Assembly: GCA_031276485.1 (NCBI GenBank)
Contig: JAISMY010000105.1
Location: forward strand, 11,378-75,377
Reading direction: 5' to 3'
Length of the DNA stretch: 64,000 bases
Source of the DNA: Desulfovibrio sp.
GTDB lineage: Bacteria > Desulfobacterota > Desulfovibrionia > Desulfovibrionales > Desulfovibrionaceae
Shown: piece after piece, positions 19,327 through 29,427 of the stretch
Layout: every line of letters begins with the position of its first letter
Numbering within the stretch: the stretch's first letter is position 1
Position numbers and translations under genes: made by a program
Notes under the pieces: generated by a model
What the model was told of the DNA's origin: nothing
Database searches by the model: none
What the model saw: only the letters and a program-made list of their open reading frames with translations

Positions 19327-19719
19327 GTGCGCACGACGACAATACTCATTACAGCCGCGCTCCTGGCGCTTTTTGCGGCCGGATGCGGCGAGCAGGGCAA
19401 AATAGACTCCGTAAAAAACACCGTGATCGGCAACTGCTCCGGCAAAACCGTGCAGGCTCTGGTCTCCGGCCTGTTGCAGAACCCGGTCTGGAGTTTCAAA
19501 AAAGAACAGGACGGGAAAGAATTCGTCCTCGTTTCGGGAACCCTCGCCGGCGACACGCTCCCGGCCTGGGTCAAGGAACAGAAAATGCTGGACATAACTT
19601 TCCGCTTTGCCCTTGACCCGAAAACAGATAAATTCGATCCCGCCTTTCTGGACGCGTTTCCGTCGCTGACCAGCCCGGAAGGCGTCCTTCAGGCTTATAA
19701 GGCATTGATATGCAAGTGA
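19327..19719 (+). CDS. hypothetical lipoprotein
   Basis: RBS GAGGA, signal peptide with lipobox AAGC, coding-like codon usage. Confidence 0.75.
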   Translation: MRTTTILITAALLALFAAGCGEQGKIDSVKNTVIGNCSGKTVQALVSGLLQNPVWSFKKEQDGKEFVLVSGTLAGDTLPAWVKEQKMLDITFRFALDPKTDKFDPAFLDAFPSLTSPEGVLQAYKALICK

Positions 19720-19752
19720 ATACGGTATGTTTCCCAAGCCGTAACGCGCAAC

Positions 19753-21231
19753 ATGAGTGATGCAAAGACCCTTTTCACGCACGGCAACGTGGTTACGCGC
19801 TTCGCGCCCAGCCCCACCGGGCACCTGCACCTCGGGGGTGCGCGCACGGCCGTGTTCTGCTGGCTTCTGGCCCGCCGTTACGGCGGGCGTTTCGTCCTGC
19901 GTATTGAGGATACGGACCTGGAACGCTCCAGGCAGGAGTACACGGATTCCATACTGGCCTCCATGCGCAGACTGAAGCTGGACTGGGACGGCGAGCCGAT
20001 TTTCCAGAAAGACCGCTTCGCCGTTTACGATGCCGCCGTCGAGCGCCTGCTGGCCTCAGGGCACGCCTATTGGTGCGCGTGCAGCCCGGAAACCGTGGAA
20101 GCCGCGCGCGCAAAGGCCAGGAGCGAAGGCAAAAAACCGCGCTACGACGGACGCTGCCGCAAGCTCGGCCTGGGACCCGGCCCCGGCAGGACCGTGCGTC
20201 TGGCCGCGCCGGCCGAAGGGCGCATCAAATTCGACGATATGGTCAAAGGCCGTCTGGCCTTTGACGCCTCGGAACTCGACGACATGGTCCTGCGCCGGGC
20301 CGACGGTTCCCCGACCTACAACTTTTCCGTCGTAGTGGATGACGCCGCCATGAACATCACCCATGTGCTGCGCGGCGACGACCACGTCAACAACACGCCC
20401 AGACAGATACTCCTTTACCGGGCGTTCGGCGCGGAACCGCCCGTCTTCGGCCATGTCCCCATGATTCTGGGGCCGGACAGGCAGAAACTGTCCAAACGGC
20501 ACGGCGCCAAGTCCGTCATGGAATATGACGAAGACGGATTCCTGCCCGATGCCTTGGTCAATTATCTGGTCCGTCTGGGCTGGAGCTGCGGGGACCGCGA
20601 AATTTTCGAACGCGACGAGCTGGTGCGCCTGTTCGACGGCGACAATCTGAACCGTTCCCCGGCAGCCTTCGACCCGCAGAAACTTCTCTGGGTCAACGCG
20701 GAACACCTGCGCCGCAAGCCGCCCGCAGCCTTGCTGCCCGACCTGCGCCCTTTTCTGAAAACCGGCGGAGAAAGCGGTCCGCAAGCCGACGAGGAACTCG
20801 TCCTTGCCTGTATCGGCATGCTGCAGGGCAGGGTCCGCACCTTGAAGGATCTGGCCGGACAAATGCGCCCCGTTCTGACGCCGGCGGCCGAACTGCCGTA
20901 TGCGGAAGGCGTTCTCGAAAGCCTGGGGCCGGACGAATGTACGCGCCTTGCGGAACTGCGCGCCCGTCTGGCCGCTTTGCCGGCGTTCGACCGCAACTCC
21001 CTGCACGCCGCCGTCCAGGCCTATGTCGAAGAAAAGGGGCTGAAATTCAAAGCCGTCGGCCAACCGTTGCGCGCGGCCCTGCTCGGCGCGCTCAACGGGC
21101 CGGATATTATGCAGGTCATGCAGGCCGCGGGCAGGGAAGATACCCTGGCCAAACTGGACCGGGCCCTGAAACTTGCCGCCGGCCTGCGCCGTGCGTGCTT
21201 GCCCGCCCGCAATTTTACCGGTTCCGGCTGA
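19753..21231 (+). CDS. gltX: glutamate--tRNA ligase
   Basis: RFAPSPTGHLHLGG, LRIEDTD, RGDDH, KLSKR. Confidence 0.96.
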   Translation: MSDAKTLFTHGNVVTRFAPSPTGHLHLGGARTAVFCWLLARRYGGRFVLRIEDTDLERSRQEYTDSILASMRRLKLDWDGEPIFQKDRFAVYDAAVERLLASGHAYWCACSPETVEAARAKARSEGKKPRYDGRCRKLGLGPGPGRTVRLAAPAEGRIKFDDMVKGRLAFDASELDDMVLRRADGSPTYNFSVVVDDAAMNITHVLRGDDHVNNTPRQILLYRAFGAEPPVFGHVPMILGPDRQKLSKRHGAKSVMEYDEDGFLPDALVNYLVRLGWSCGDREIFERDELVRLFDGDNLNRSPAAFDPQKLLWVNAEHLRRKPPAALLPDLRPFLKTGGESGPQADEELVLACIGMLQGRVRTLKDLAGQMRPVLTPAAELPYAEGVLESLGPDECTRLAELRARLAALPAFDRNSLHAAVQAYVEEKGLKFKAVGQPLRAALLGALNGPDIMQVMQAAGREDTLAKLDRALKLAAGLRRACLPARNFTGSG

Positions 21232-21437
21232 AGTCGGTAAACAGCGGCCGCAAGGCCGAAGCGCCTCAGGAGACGGCGCGGGCCGGCTGAAAAACGTGTT
21301 CTCCGGCCGGCGGTCTTGCGGTAAAAAGTTTACTTTTTACCGCAGACATCAATAATGCGCATAGCGTAATCCGGACAGGAATGCCGTAGCCTGAAGGAAC
21401 AGCGCGTACCAACCACAGTTACCGAAAAGGGATTGCC

Positions 21438-22130
21438 ATGACTTTACAAATCGCCGCCCTGGCCTCCGGCGTAGGCTCCAATGTCGCTGCCGTGATCAAA
21501 AGCATCAATGAAGGGATGCTCGACGCGCGCATGCGCATCGTGATTTCCAACCGGCCCGGAGCGCCTGTTCTGGAAAAAGCCGCTCAAGCGGGCATACCGG
21601 TTTACGTCAAGGACAGCGCCGACTGTGAAAACCGGGAGGACTACGACCGCGCCCTGCTGGCCGCCATTTGCGACGCGGGCGCCGATACGGTTGTGCTGGC
21701 CGGCTACATGCGCATGTTGTCTCCCATGTTCGTCGCCGCGCATCGCGGCCGCATTCTCAATATTCACCCCTCGCTGCTGCCCAGTTTTCCCGGACGCATG
21801 GGCACCGAGGACGCCATCAAGTACGGCGTACGCCTTTCCGGGTCCACCGTCCATTTCGTGCAGGAAACCATGGACTCCGGGCCGGTGATTATTCAGGTCG
21901 TCGTCCCCGTGCACGCGCAGGATACAGGGGAAACGCTCATGCCGCGCATTCAGGCCCTGGAACACCGCATCTATCCCCAGGCCCTGCAATGGCTGGCCGA
22001 AGACCGCCTGCGGGTGGAAGGCCACCGCGTCAATCTCCTGCCCGCGCGAAAGCCCAATGGGTCCATGGCATCTTTCGGGCAAAGCCCTCTGGGTCCCTGG
22101 ATGGTCAGCCCGCCCCTTGAAGGATTTTGA
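21438..22130 (+). CDS. purN: phosphoribosylglycinamide formyltransferase
   Basis: ASGVGSN, LAGYMR, NIHPSLLPSFPG, GSTVHFV...DSGPVI. Confidence 0.95.
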   Translation: MTLQIAALASGVGSNVAAVIKSINEGMLDARMRIVISNRPGAPVLEKAAQAGIPVYVKDSADCENREDYDRALLAAICDAGADTVVLAGYMRMLSPMFVAAHRGRILNIHPSLLPSFPGRMGTEDAIKYGVRLSGSTVHFVQETMDSGPVIIQVVVPVHAQDTGETLMPRIQALEHRIYPQALQWLAEDRLRVEGHRVNLLPARKPNGSMASFGQSPLGPWMVSPPLEGF

Positions 22131-22156
22131 GGTATTGCTCCGCCGAATAAACATTG

Positions 22157-22343
22157 AGAGCGTCCACCTCAAGATATACATCATTTGTGATTGCCGTAGC
22201 CTGAATATTTCAGGTTTCGTTGAATCGCGCCAAAGCCGGATAGACAAGTCGACCATGACCGGATTCCTGGAAACGATCTTCGTGCGGCAAGTAAACCTTC
22301 CCAGATGACGGCGAGTATTGCTGTTTCTGTATGTCAACACTCC
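22157..22343 (+). mobile_element. MITE-like repeat family G (about 187 bp) between convergent genes
   Basis: Imperfect TIR AGAGCGTCCACCTCAAGA...TCTGTATGTCAACACTCC; first ~50 bp match 34319-34367. Confidence 0.6.
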
Positions 22344-22354
22344 CCTTTGCTGAA

Positions 22355-23743
22355 TTACCAGAATTCCTTGCGTTCCTTGTATTTTCTTTCGAAAATCTCC
22401 AGGGCCTGCCTGTCCTTTGCGGCGGAAGCCAACGCCCCGGCCTTGTCGTAAAAGCGCTTCACCCGGCCTTTGTCGTTGGCGTACAGGGCGCTGTAGGCCA
22501 TGGACAGGTTGGCGTCGAACATCTTTCTTTCCGCGCCGTAGAGGCGGGCCAGCAGTTCGTGCACTTCCGGATCGTCAGGTTCCTTGCGCAGCACGCGCCG
22601 GGCATAGTCCAGGGCCGCGCCGGTGTTGCCCGCGTCTTCAAGATCCCTGGCGCGGTAATAGAGGGCATGCGTATCCTCAGGATTCATGTCGACGGCCCGC
22701 CTGAGCAGCGCCGACCCTTTGACCTTGTCGCCTTTGAGATAGTGAAAGCTGCCCGCCTCGCGCACAATGAGTTCGTCGTCCGGCCCGCAGGTCAGGGCGG
22801 AATCAAAATACCCGGCGGCGTCCTTGACCCGGTTGCGTCGGGAGCTGAGAATCCCCATGCCCATAAGGGCCATGCAGCGGCCGGCGCCCTGCATCTGCCC
22901 GGCAAAGACCGCCGCCGAACGATCCGGGTCGCCGTATCTGGCCCGCACAAGGGCCTGCACGCGCAGAAAACGCGTGTCGTCCGCAGCCTGCGGGGCGGGA
23001 AGACGCTTCAGGCGCACGCTCATGTCCTTGACCCGGTCCGTCAGGGCCGGATGGGTGGACAGATAGGGCGGAACCTCGCTGCCCAGCAGCCACTGCCTGC
23101 GGCTCAGGATACGGAAAGCACCTACCATGCCGCCGGGGTCATAGCCCGCGCCCGCAAGATAGTTCATGCCCACCTGATCGGCTTCGCGTTCGTCGGCGCG
23201 GCTGTAATTGAGCATGGCCGCCTGCCCTGCCGCCATAGACCCCGCGACGGCCGCGGACGCGGCTGACCCGCCCATAAGCGCCCCGGCCAGCATCCCGAGT
23301 ACGGAAAGCACCGAAACAACCTGGCTGTTCTCTATACGCGAGGCGATGTGCCGCTGGGTGACGTGCGCCATTTCATGGGCCAGCACCCCCGCGACCTCGG
23401 CCTCGTGTTCCATGGCCAGTAGCAGACCGGTATGCACGAAAATATACCCGCCCGGACAGGCAAAGGCGTTGACGGCGTTGTGCCGGATCACGCTCACCGT
23501 GAAAGGAAAGGGTTGTTTGGGCATGGCCCGCGCCAGGCGGTCGACCAGACTCCGCACGTAGCCGACGATTTCCGCGTCCTGCACCAGGGGCATGCGGGAC
23601 CGGATGAGGATGTTGAATTTTTCTCCCAGTTCCTTTTCGTCTTTCAGGGTAAACTCGCCCCAGGCGGACGCGTTGGCGGGGAAAACCGTCATATGCAGAA
23701 GCAGGAAGGGCAGCAGGAGGGCGCACCGGATGCGCCGTTTCAC
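22355..23743 (-). CDS. M48 family metalloprotease with TPRs (BepA-like)
   Basis: VNAFACPGG, HEMAH (HExxH), YSRADEREAD, YLSTHP; signal peptide after GTG 23743 (start uncertain). Confidence 0.9.
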   Translation of the reverse strand: MKRRIRCALLLPFLLLHMTVFPANASAWGEFTLKDEKELGEKFNILIRSRMPLVQDAEIVGYVRSLVDRLARAMPKQPFPFTVSVIRHNAVNAFACPGGYIFVHTGLLLAMEHEAEVAGVLAHEMAHVTQRHIASRIENSQVVSVLSVLGMLAGALMGGSAASAAVAGSMAAGQAAMLNYSRADEREADQVGMNYLAGAGYDPGGMVGAFRILSRRQWLLGSEVPPYLSTHPALTDRVKDMSVRLKRLPAPQAADDTRFLRVQALVRARYGDPDRSAAVFAGQMQGAGRCMALMGMGILSSRRNRVKDAAGYFDSALTCGPDDELIVREAGSFHYLKGDKVKGSALLRRAVDMNPEDTHALYYRARDLEDAGNTGAALDYARRVLRKEPDDPEVHELLARLYGAERKMFDANLSMAYSALYANDKGRVKRFYDKAGALASAAKDRQALEIFERKYKERKEFW

Positions 23744-23805
23744 GTCCTGCCGCGCGCCGGGCCGGGGCGGTGTTTCTCCCTGCCGGCGGCGAAATGCGGG
23801 GGGCG

Positions 23806-25389
23806 TCACGGCACGTCCCATTCCGAGCCTTGGGCCGAATCACGCACCTCGACGCCCAGGTCGGCCAGGGCGGCGCGCAGTCTGTCGGCGGCCGCGAAAT
23901 CCTTGCGCGTCCTGGCCTCCGCCCGTTCCCTCAGCATCGTTTCCACCTGAGTGACGTCTATGCGCCTGCGCGCGGCGCGCAAATGTTTCAGGTCTTCCAG
24001 AAATTGCCGGGGAGGCAGAAGGAAGATGCCGAAGACCGCCTGCCAGGCCGGAAGCAGGGCGGCGGCGCGGGCCGGCAGTTGCCGCATCGCGGCGCAGGCG
24101 TTCAGCGACTTGTCGTCCGCGACGCGCTGCACAAGATGCAGCAGGCTGTTGACATGCCCCAGGGCGGCTGCGGTATTCAGGTCGTCGTCCAGTGACTCTT
24201 CCCAGGCGACGGCCAGCCGCGCGAATTCCCTTGCCGCCGCCTCCGCTTCGCCCGACCCGCCCGGATTGCCGGACGCGCGCTGTCCGTCGGAAAACCGCGC
24301 CCCGCGCTCCCCGTTAAACTCCGCGCCGGTCTGCGGCCGGTCGCATCGCTCTTCGGCCGGACCGACGCGCGCATCGCCGCTCGGGCCGACAGAGGAACCG
24401 GACAGAAGCCGTTCCAGCAAATCAAGCGTTTCGTAAATGCGCCGCAGGTTTTTTTCCGCTTCCGCCAGGGCTTCCGGCGAAAAATCCATAGGGCTCCGGT
24501 AGTGGCGGGTGAGCAGGAAATAGCGCAGAACCTCGGGCCGGCAAGCGTCGAGAATATCCCGGACCGTCTTGAAATTGTTCAGGGACTTCGACATCTTTTC
24601 CGAGTTCACCCGCACCAGACCGTTATGCACCCAAAAACGGGCGAACTCGCGCTCCCAGGCCGCCTCGCTCTGGGCGATTTCGTTCTCGTGGTGGGGGAAG
24701 ATCAGATCCTGGCCTCCGCCGTGGATATCCAGGGGCAGGGGGAGTTCCTGCGCGCTCATGGCCGAGCATTCGATGTGCCAGCCGGGACGTCCCGGGCCCC
24801 AGGGGCTGTCCCAGGCGGGTTCACCGGGTTTGGCGCTTTTCCAGAGGGCAAAATCCAGGGGGTCTTCCTTTTGCTCGCCCGGCGCGACCCTGGCCCCGAC
24901 GCGCAGTTCGTCGGGGTCGCGTCCGGAGAGTTTGCCGTAGCCGGCAAAGGAGCGTACGCGAAAATACACGTTGCCGCCGGGCACGGCATAAGCGTGACCT
25001 TTATTCACCAGAATCCGGCAGAGCTGCGTCATGGCGTCGATATAGCGGGTGGCTCTGGGTTCCGCATCAGGCCGGCGCACGTTCAGGCGGTCCATATCCT
25101 CGTGAAAAGCCCGGATAAAGCGCTCGGCCACCGCCTCGCTCGTCGTGCCTTCCCCGGCGGCCCTGTTGATGATTTTGTCGTCGACATCCGTGAAATTGCG
25201 CACAAAAGTCACGTCCAACCCCGTCTGCTCCAGCCTGCGGACCAGGACGTCAAAAACCACGGCTGCCCGCGCATGCCCTATATGACAGTAATCATACGCT
25301 GTTATGCCGCAGGCGTAGACGGAGGCCCTGCCCGGCCGCACCGGGATAAACTCTTCCTTTTTGCGGGACAGCGCGTTGTAAAGCTGCAT
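23806..25389 (-). CDS. cysS: cysteine--tRNA ligase
   Basis: CGITAYDYCHIGH, GRPGWHIECSAM, HHENE, KMSKS. Confidence 0.97.
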   Translation of the reverse strand: MQLYNALSRKKEEFIPVRPGRASVYACGITAYDYCHIGHARAAVVFDVLVRRLEQTGLDVTFVRNFTDVDDKIINRAAGEGTTSEAVAERFIRAFHEDMDRLNVRRPDAEPRATRYIDAMTQLCRILVNKGHAYAVPGGNVYFRVRSFAGYGKLSGRDPDELRVGARVAPGEQKEDPLDFALWKSAKPGEPAWDSPWGPGRPGWHIECSAMSAQELPLPLDIHGGGQDLIFPHHENEIAQSEAAWEREFARFWVHNGLVRVNSEKMSKSLNNFKTVRDILDACRPEVLRYFLLTRHYRSPMDFSPEALAEAEKNLRRIYETLDLLERLLSGSSVGPSGDARVGPAEERCDRPQTGAEFNGERGARFSDGQRASGNPGGSGEAEAAAREFARLAVAWEESLDDDLNTAAALGHVNSLLHLVQRVADDKSLNACAAMRQLPARAAALLPAWQAVFGIFLLPPRQFLEDLKHLRAARRRIDVTQVETMLRERAEARTRKDFAAADRLRAALADLGVEVRDSAQGSEWDVP

Positions 25390-25394
25390 ATCTT

Positions 25395-25829
25395 TCAGTC
25401 CTCTATGAGTGCGACGCGGCGGGCGTGCCTGCCGCCCTCGAACGCGGTGCGCAGAAACAGCTCCGCCAGATCCGCCGCCAGGGGCGGAGCGGTGACGCGC
25501 GCGCCCAGGCAGAGCACGTTGGCGTTATTGTGGGCGCGGCAGGCGCGCGCGGCATACTCGTTGGTACAGAGCGCGGCGCGGATGCCTCTGTGCCGGTTGG
25601 CGGCCATGCACATGCCTATGCCCGTGCCGCAGATAAGGATGCCCCGGCCGTTGTCTGCCGCCACCCGGGCGCAGAGCGCATGGGCAAAGACCGGGTAATC
25701 GCAGCTTTCCGCCGCTTGTGGTCCAAGGTCTTCCATCCGGAAACCCCGTGCCGCCAAATCGACGCAGAGGGCCTGTTTCAGGCCGAAACCGGCATGGTCG
25801 GAGGCTATGAAAACGGTGTCGCCGGCCAT
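25395..25829 (-). CDS. rpiB: ribose 5-phosphate isomerase B
   Basis: ASDHAG, DYP, CGTGIG, HNNAN, FEGGRH. Confidence 0.95.
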   Translation of the reverse strand: MAGDTVFIASDHAGFGLKQALCVDLAARGFRMEDLGPQAAESCDYPVFAHALCARVAADNGRGILICGTGIGMCMAANRHRGIRAALCTNEYAARACRAHNNANVLCLGARVTAPPLAADLAELFLRTAFEGGRHARRVALIED

Positions 25830-25849
25830 ATCTGCGTTCTCCGCGCGTT

Positions 25850-26785
25850 TCAGCGCGCCGCCGTCTGTTGCGGGGTCCGCAGCGCCGTTCCCGGAGGAAG
25901 CGCCAGGGACAGTTGTTCCCCGCTGTAGTGAGGGGAAACGCGCTCCGTTTCCCGAACCTCAATCAGGACCGAGCGGCCCCCGGCGTGCGCGATGCGCAGG
26001 CGATCCGGGCGCAGAGGGTTGTCGTCGGCGGCTTCCTCAATTTCGATCGCCCAGCCGTTGTTTCCGCGCCAGCGCAGCGGAGCGCCTTCCGCAGACAGTT
26101 CCAGTTCTCCAGGCAGCGCCGCATTACGCAGCGCGTAGCGGCGGCCGCCGGGAACGGGGCGGCTTTCGGGGACCGCGCCGCTGCCGCCCGGCGGCAGAAA
26201 AAGCGTCCCGCCGCAGCCGGTGAGCAGCAGCGCGAGTTCGGCCGGGGAAAGAGGAAGCGGAACGCCCAGGGATTCCTCCGGGGTATCTCCGGAGGAAGGT
26301 TGCCGGGAATCCGTCTCCCCGCCCGTCTGCGCATACTGCCGCGCGCGCTGCGGGCCGTGATACAGCAGGGCGGCGTTTTCGCGCGGAACATATACCAAGG
26401 TGGATTGCGCGTCTTCGCGGATTTTGGCGGCGGTGACGCCCATGCCCGCCTGCAGGTCGAGACGCAGGGGAAAAGGATCGCCGCTTTTGCCGTTGCCCCA
26501 GAGCAAGGCCGAGGCGCGTTGCGTGCCGCCGGCGGCGTCTGTATAGCGCAGGCCGGCGCGCAGGCGAAACGGGCCGCTCAAGGCTTCGGCCTTTTCCGCG
26601 CGTTCGCGGAAACGTTGCCAGATTGCCGCCCCCCTGTCGCCGGAGGCGCCCTGTTCTTCCGCAGGCACGGCCGGAGGCGGCGTCTGCACGCCTGCGCAGG
26701 CCTTGAGCAGCACGAGCAGGGCAAAAAGGACGCAGATGAACTTCGGCCGCTGCGGCCCGGCGCAACCCGGCCGGGACGTAAACAT
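25850..26785 (-). CDS. hypothetical outer-membrane lipoprotein (possibly LolB-like fold)
   Basis: Hydrophobic stretch plus LKAC lipobox; operonic with rpiB-cysS; start uncertain. Confidence 0.6.
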   Translation of the reverse strand: MFTSRPGCAGPQRPKFICVLFALLVLLKACAGVQTPPPAVPAEEQGASGDRGAAIWQRFRERAEKAEALSGPFRLRAGLRYTDAAGGTQRASALLWGNGKSGDPFPLRLDLQAGMGVTAAKIREDAQSTLVYVPRENAALLYHGPQRARQYAQTGGETDSRQPSSGDTPEESLGVPLPLSPAELALLLTGCGGTLFLPPGGSGAVPESRPVPGGRRYALRNAALPGELELSAEGAPLRWRGNNGWAIEIEEAADDNPLRPDRLRIAHAGGRSVLIEVRETERVSPHYSGEQLSLALPPGTALRTPQQTAAR

Positions 26786-26910
26786 CCATCGTCCGTCGCG
26801 CGCGTCTCCGGTCTTTGCCGGGAGCGGCCTGCGCCGCCGGTCCGCAAGGGACGCGGGCCCCGGCCTGCGTTTGCGGGCGCATCCGTTTTTCTGCATGGAC
26901 GTCATGACCG

Positions 26911-27345
26911 TCAGAGGATGGAGAGCAGCAGGGATTCCACCAGACCGGCCAGATCCTTGTGCCGGCCGCTGACGGTGATAAGATAGAAATTTCTGTCCGA
27001 GACGACGATGGAGGCTTCGGAGGCTTCACCTTCGGGCGAGGTGAAGGTAAAAGAATAATAGTTGGGGTCGTTGTCCACCATAACCGGACGGCTGCCGTGC
27101 AGTTCGGCGGCATAGGCGGCGGCCAGACTCTCGGCGTTCATGCCGTCCATGCGCGTCAGAAGTTCGACTGCGACCTGTAGGGAAGCCGAACCGTCCGGCG
27201 CGGTGAACGCCGTGGTGCTGCCTTCGCGCTGCACGGTCCAGCCGGGCGGCAAATCCACGGAAAAATCCGTAAAATCGCGCGGTTCCGCCGTTGCGGCAGC
27301 GGCCGTAAAAAGCGCCAGACAGAGAGCGGCCATGCACGTTTTCAT
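26911..27345 (-). CDS. secreted hypothetical protein
   Basis: Signal peptide MKTCMAALCLALFTAAAATA, RBS GAGGA, FSVDLPPGW motif. Confidence 0.7.
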   Translation of the reverse strand: MKTCMAALCLALFTAAAATAEPRDFTDFSVDLPPGWTVQREGSTTAFTAPDGSASLQVAVELLTRMDGMNAESLAAAYAAELHGSRPVMVDNDPNYYSFTFTSPEGEASEASIVVSDRNFYLITVSGRHKDLAGLVESLLLSIL

Positions 27346-27466
27346 CGGAAATTCCTCAGCATCACTCACAGCAACGTACCGTTTACGACGAAGATAGCAG
27401 AAAAAGCGCAGGCGGACAATATCCTCGAAGATCCGCCGGGCGCAGGAAAAAAGATTGCCTCTGCAT

Positions 27467-27497
27467 CCCTCATTATGGGTTGATGCGAAAATTTGCG
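27467..27497 (+). repeat. right end of repeat family C
   Basis: CCCTCATTATGGGTTGATGCGAAAATTT (28 bp) identical to 57010-57037. Confidence 0.8.
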
Positions 27498-27512
27498 CGT
27501 TGCACGGCGCTG

Positions 27513-27974
27513 CTATTTGCCCTGTTCCGCGGGCGACAGGCGGGGCGCGGTTTTGAAGCGGCCGGGATGACGGCTCTGTTCGTCGCCTTCGTCCGGCAGC
27601 CTCGGCTCGTGTGTTTCCGGCAAGGTTACGCCGCCCGGCCGAGGGTGCGCGGGAGGCATGGGAGGCGCGGCGAATTCCGGTTGCGGTCCGTATTTGAACA
27701 TGTAATCCCGCGCCTTAAAATCGTTGTCTCTGTGATAAAAATCGCCTGGTTCCGGATTGTTGTCCACATATCCCCTCCCGAAATCACGGCGGTTGCCGTA
27801 AGCTCTGGGCGGGACCGGAGCCGCGGGCGGGGCCGGAGGCAGGGTCGTCACTCCGCGTATCGGGCCCGCTGCCGTGTATACGGCAGCGGCTTCCGCTCCG
27901 GCGCCTGACGGCCCGGCGCACAGCGCTGCAAACGCGGCAAGGTACGGAAGGATCAGGCGGAACTCCGCATACAC
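27513..27974 (-). CDS. Pro-rich hypothetical secreted protein
   Basis: ORF with signal-like N-terminus, co-oriented with neighbours; no recognisable domain. Confidence 0.45.
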   Translation of the reverse strand: MYAEFRLILPYLAAFAALCAGPSGAGAEAAAVYTAAGPIRGVTTLPPAPPAAPVPPRAYGNRRDFGRGYVDNNPEPGDFYHRDNDFKARDYMFKYGPQPEFAAPPMPPAHPRPGGVTLPETHEPRLPDEGDEQSRHPGRFKTAPRLSPAEQGK

Positions 27975-28020
27975 GGCCCGGCTCCCCCAGTGCGGCAGTT
28001 CGTTGTGAAGGAGGCGGCGG

Positions 28021-28572
28021 TCACGCGGTCTCGACGCCGTCCGCCCGGATAATGTACTCGGCCGCCGCGGGCAGGTCGTCCACAACCGGCAGACCTTCGG
28101 GCGCCTCCGCCTCCGCCTCTCGACCGTAGCCGGTGCGGAGCAGGATGGAGCGACAGCCTGCCGCCCGGCCTGCCAAAATGTCGGAAATCTTGTCGCCCGT
28201 CATCCAGGATTCCCGGCAATCCAGACCGAGTTCTTCCGCTGCCTGCAGCAACAGTCCGGGTTTCGGTTTGCGGCAGGAACATTCGCCGGAGAACTCCGGG
28301 TGATGCGGGCAATAGTAAAAAGCCTCTATGACCGCATCGAAGCGCGCCAAATCTTTGTTCACCCAGCGATGCACGGCGTCCACGGCTTCCCTGCCGTACA
28401 GCCCCCGCGCCAGACCCGACTGGTTGCTGACCACGACCAGCCTGTATCCCCGGCCGCACAGACGGGCCAGGGCCTGCGGCACACCCGGAAGCCAGCACCA
28501 ATCCTCCCGGTCGTGCAGGTAGCCTGTTTCCCGGTTCAGGGTGCCGTCGCGGTCAAGAAATACGGCGCGCAT
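28021..28572 (-). CDS. gmhB: D-glycero-D-manno-heptose 1,7-bisphosphate phosphatase (HAD IIIA)
   Basis: FLDRDGTLN, SNQSG, YCPHHP..CSCRKPKPG, GDKISD. Confidence 0.92.
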   Translation of the reverse strand: MRAVFLDRDGTLNRETGYLHDREDWCWLPGVPQALARLCGRGYRLVVVSNQSGLARGLYGREAVDAVHRWVNKDLARFDAVIEAFYYCPHHPEFSGECSCRKPKPGLLLQAAEELGLDCRESWMTGDKISDILAGRAAGCRSILLRTGYGREAEAEAPEGLPVVDDLPAAAEYIIRADGVETA

Positions 28573-28778
28573 GGTCAACTCCGCGGCTCTTCCTGTCGGA
28601 TCTTCCTGTTACAGGACCGGCAGGAATGTAAACCGTTTCGCTCCGGGTAACAATACTCGCGAGTGCTTACCTATAGATAGGAGAGTGTTAACTTATGAAT
28701 GATATTTATCCACCAAAGCGCTGTCGCGCAACAGTTTAATGCCAAAAAACATGCGCAGGCCAAGACCCTCAAAATATG

Positions 28779-28930
28779 AGCGTGTGTACTCAATATATAG
28801 AGTTCCGGCACATAAAAACAATTAATTCAACGAGTTATAAGTAAAGAGCGATGAATCCGAATCTTCAGTAAAAAGTTTAATATTTCACTCTGTTATTATG
28901 TGTTCACCTATATATACAGGGCGCCGCTCT
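28779..28930 (+). mobile_element. degenerate MITE-like repeat family D, preceded by further AGAGTG-type ends at 28661 and 28682
   Basis: AT-rich; co-linear with 49001-49150 at both ends. Confidence 0.5.
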
Positions 28931-28957
28931 CGAATAAAGAGTTACGCGGCACTGCCT

Positions 28958-29347
28958 TCAGCCCGCAATCATGCGCAGGGTTTCCTCGAAGTTCGGCTTC
29001 AATTCCTCGGCCCGCTCGGGGTCTATGCCGCACAGCCCGAAAACCGAGGCAAACAACAGGTCCGGCGTCAAGCTCAACGTGTGCGCGCCGTTGCCGATGC
29101 GGTACATGTCGCCGTCCCTGGATACGACGTAAAATCTGCGCGTTTTTTCCACTCCCGCCGTGTTGACGATGGAATATACCTGCTCGTCCTTGTCCGTTAT
29201 GAAAAGGCGCAGGCGCGTCAACGTGCCCGTGTCTTCGGCGTAAAAGGAGCTTTCCGAATACAGCTTTCCGGAAAAATGCAGTTCAGCGCCGTTATCGTTG
29301 TGCAGAACGACTTGCTCCATGTGCGTCCCAATAGCTGCCTTACTCAT
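28958..29347 (-). CDS. hypothetical protein
   Basis: 129-aa ORF with normal protein composition and RBS-like GGAG/GCAGG upstream. Confidence 0.7.
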   Translation of the reverse strand: MSKAAIGTHMEQVVLHNDNGAELHFSGKLYSESSFYAEDTGTLTRLRLFITDKDEQVYSIVNTAGVEKTRRFYVVSRDGDMYRIGNGAHTLSLTPDLLFASVFGLCGIDPERAEELKPNFEETLRMIAG

Positions 29348-29427
29348 GCCTGCTTACTCCCGCCGGGGCGCGACACCCCGGAATTGACAATCCCAGCCGC
29401 CGGCTCTCTTTTTCCCGGACCGGCGTT

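Noticed and set aside
21232-21437. tRNA or purine/ZMP riboswitch between gltX and purN
   Set aside because: No recognisable tRNA or riboswitch consensus by eye; only a plausible promoter.
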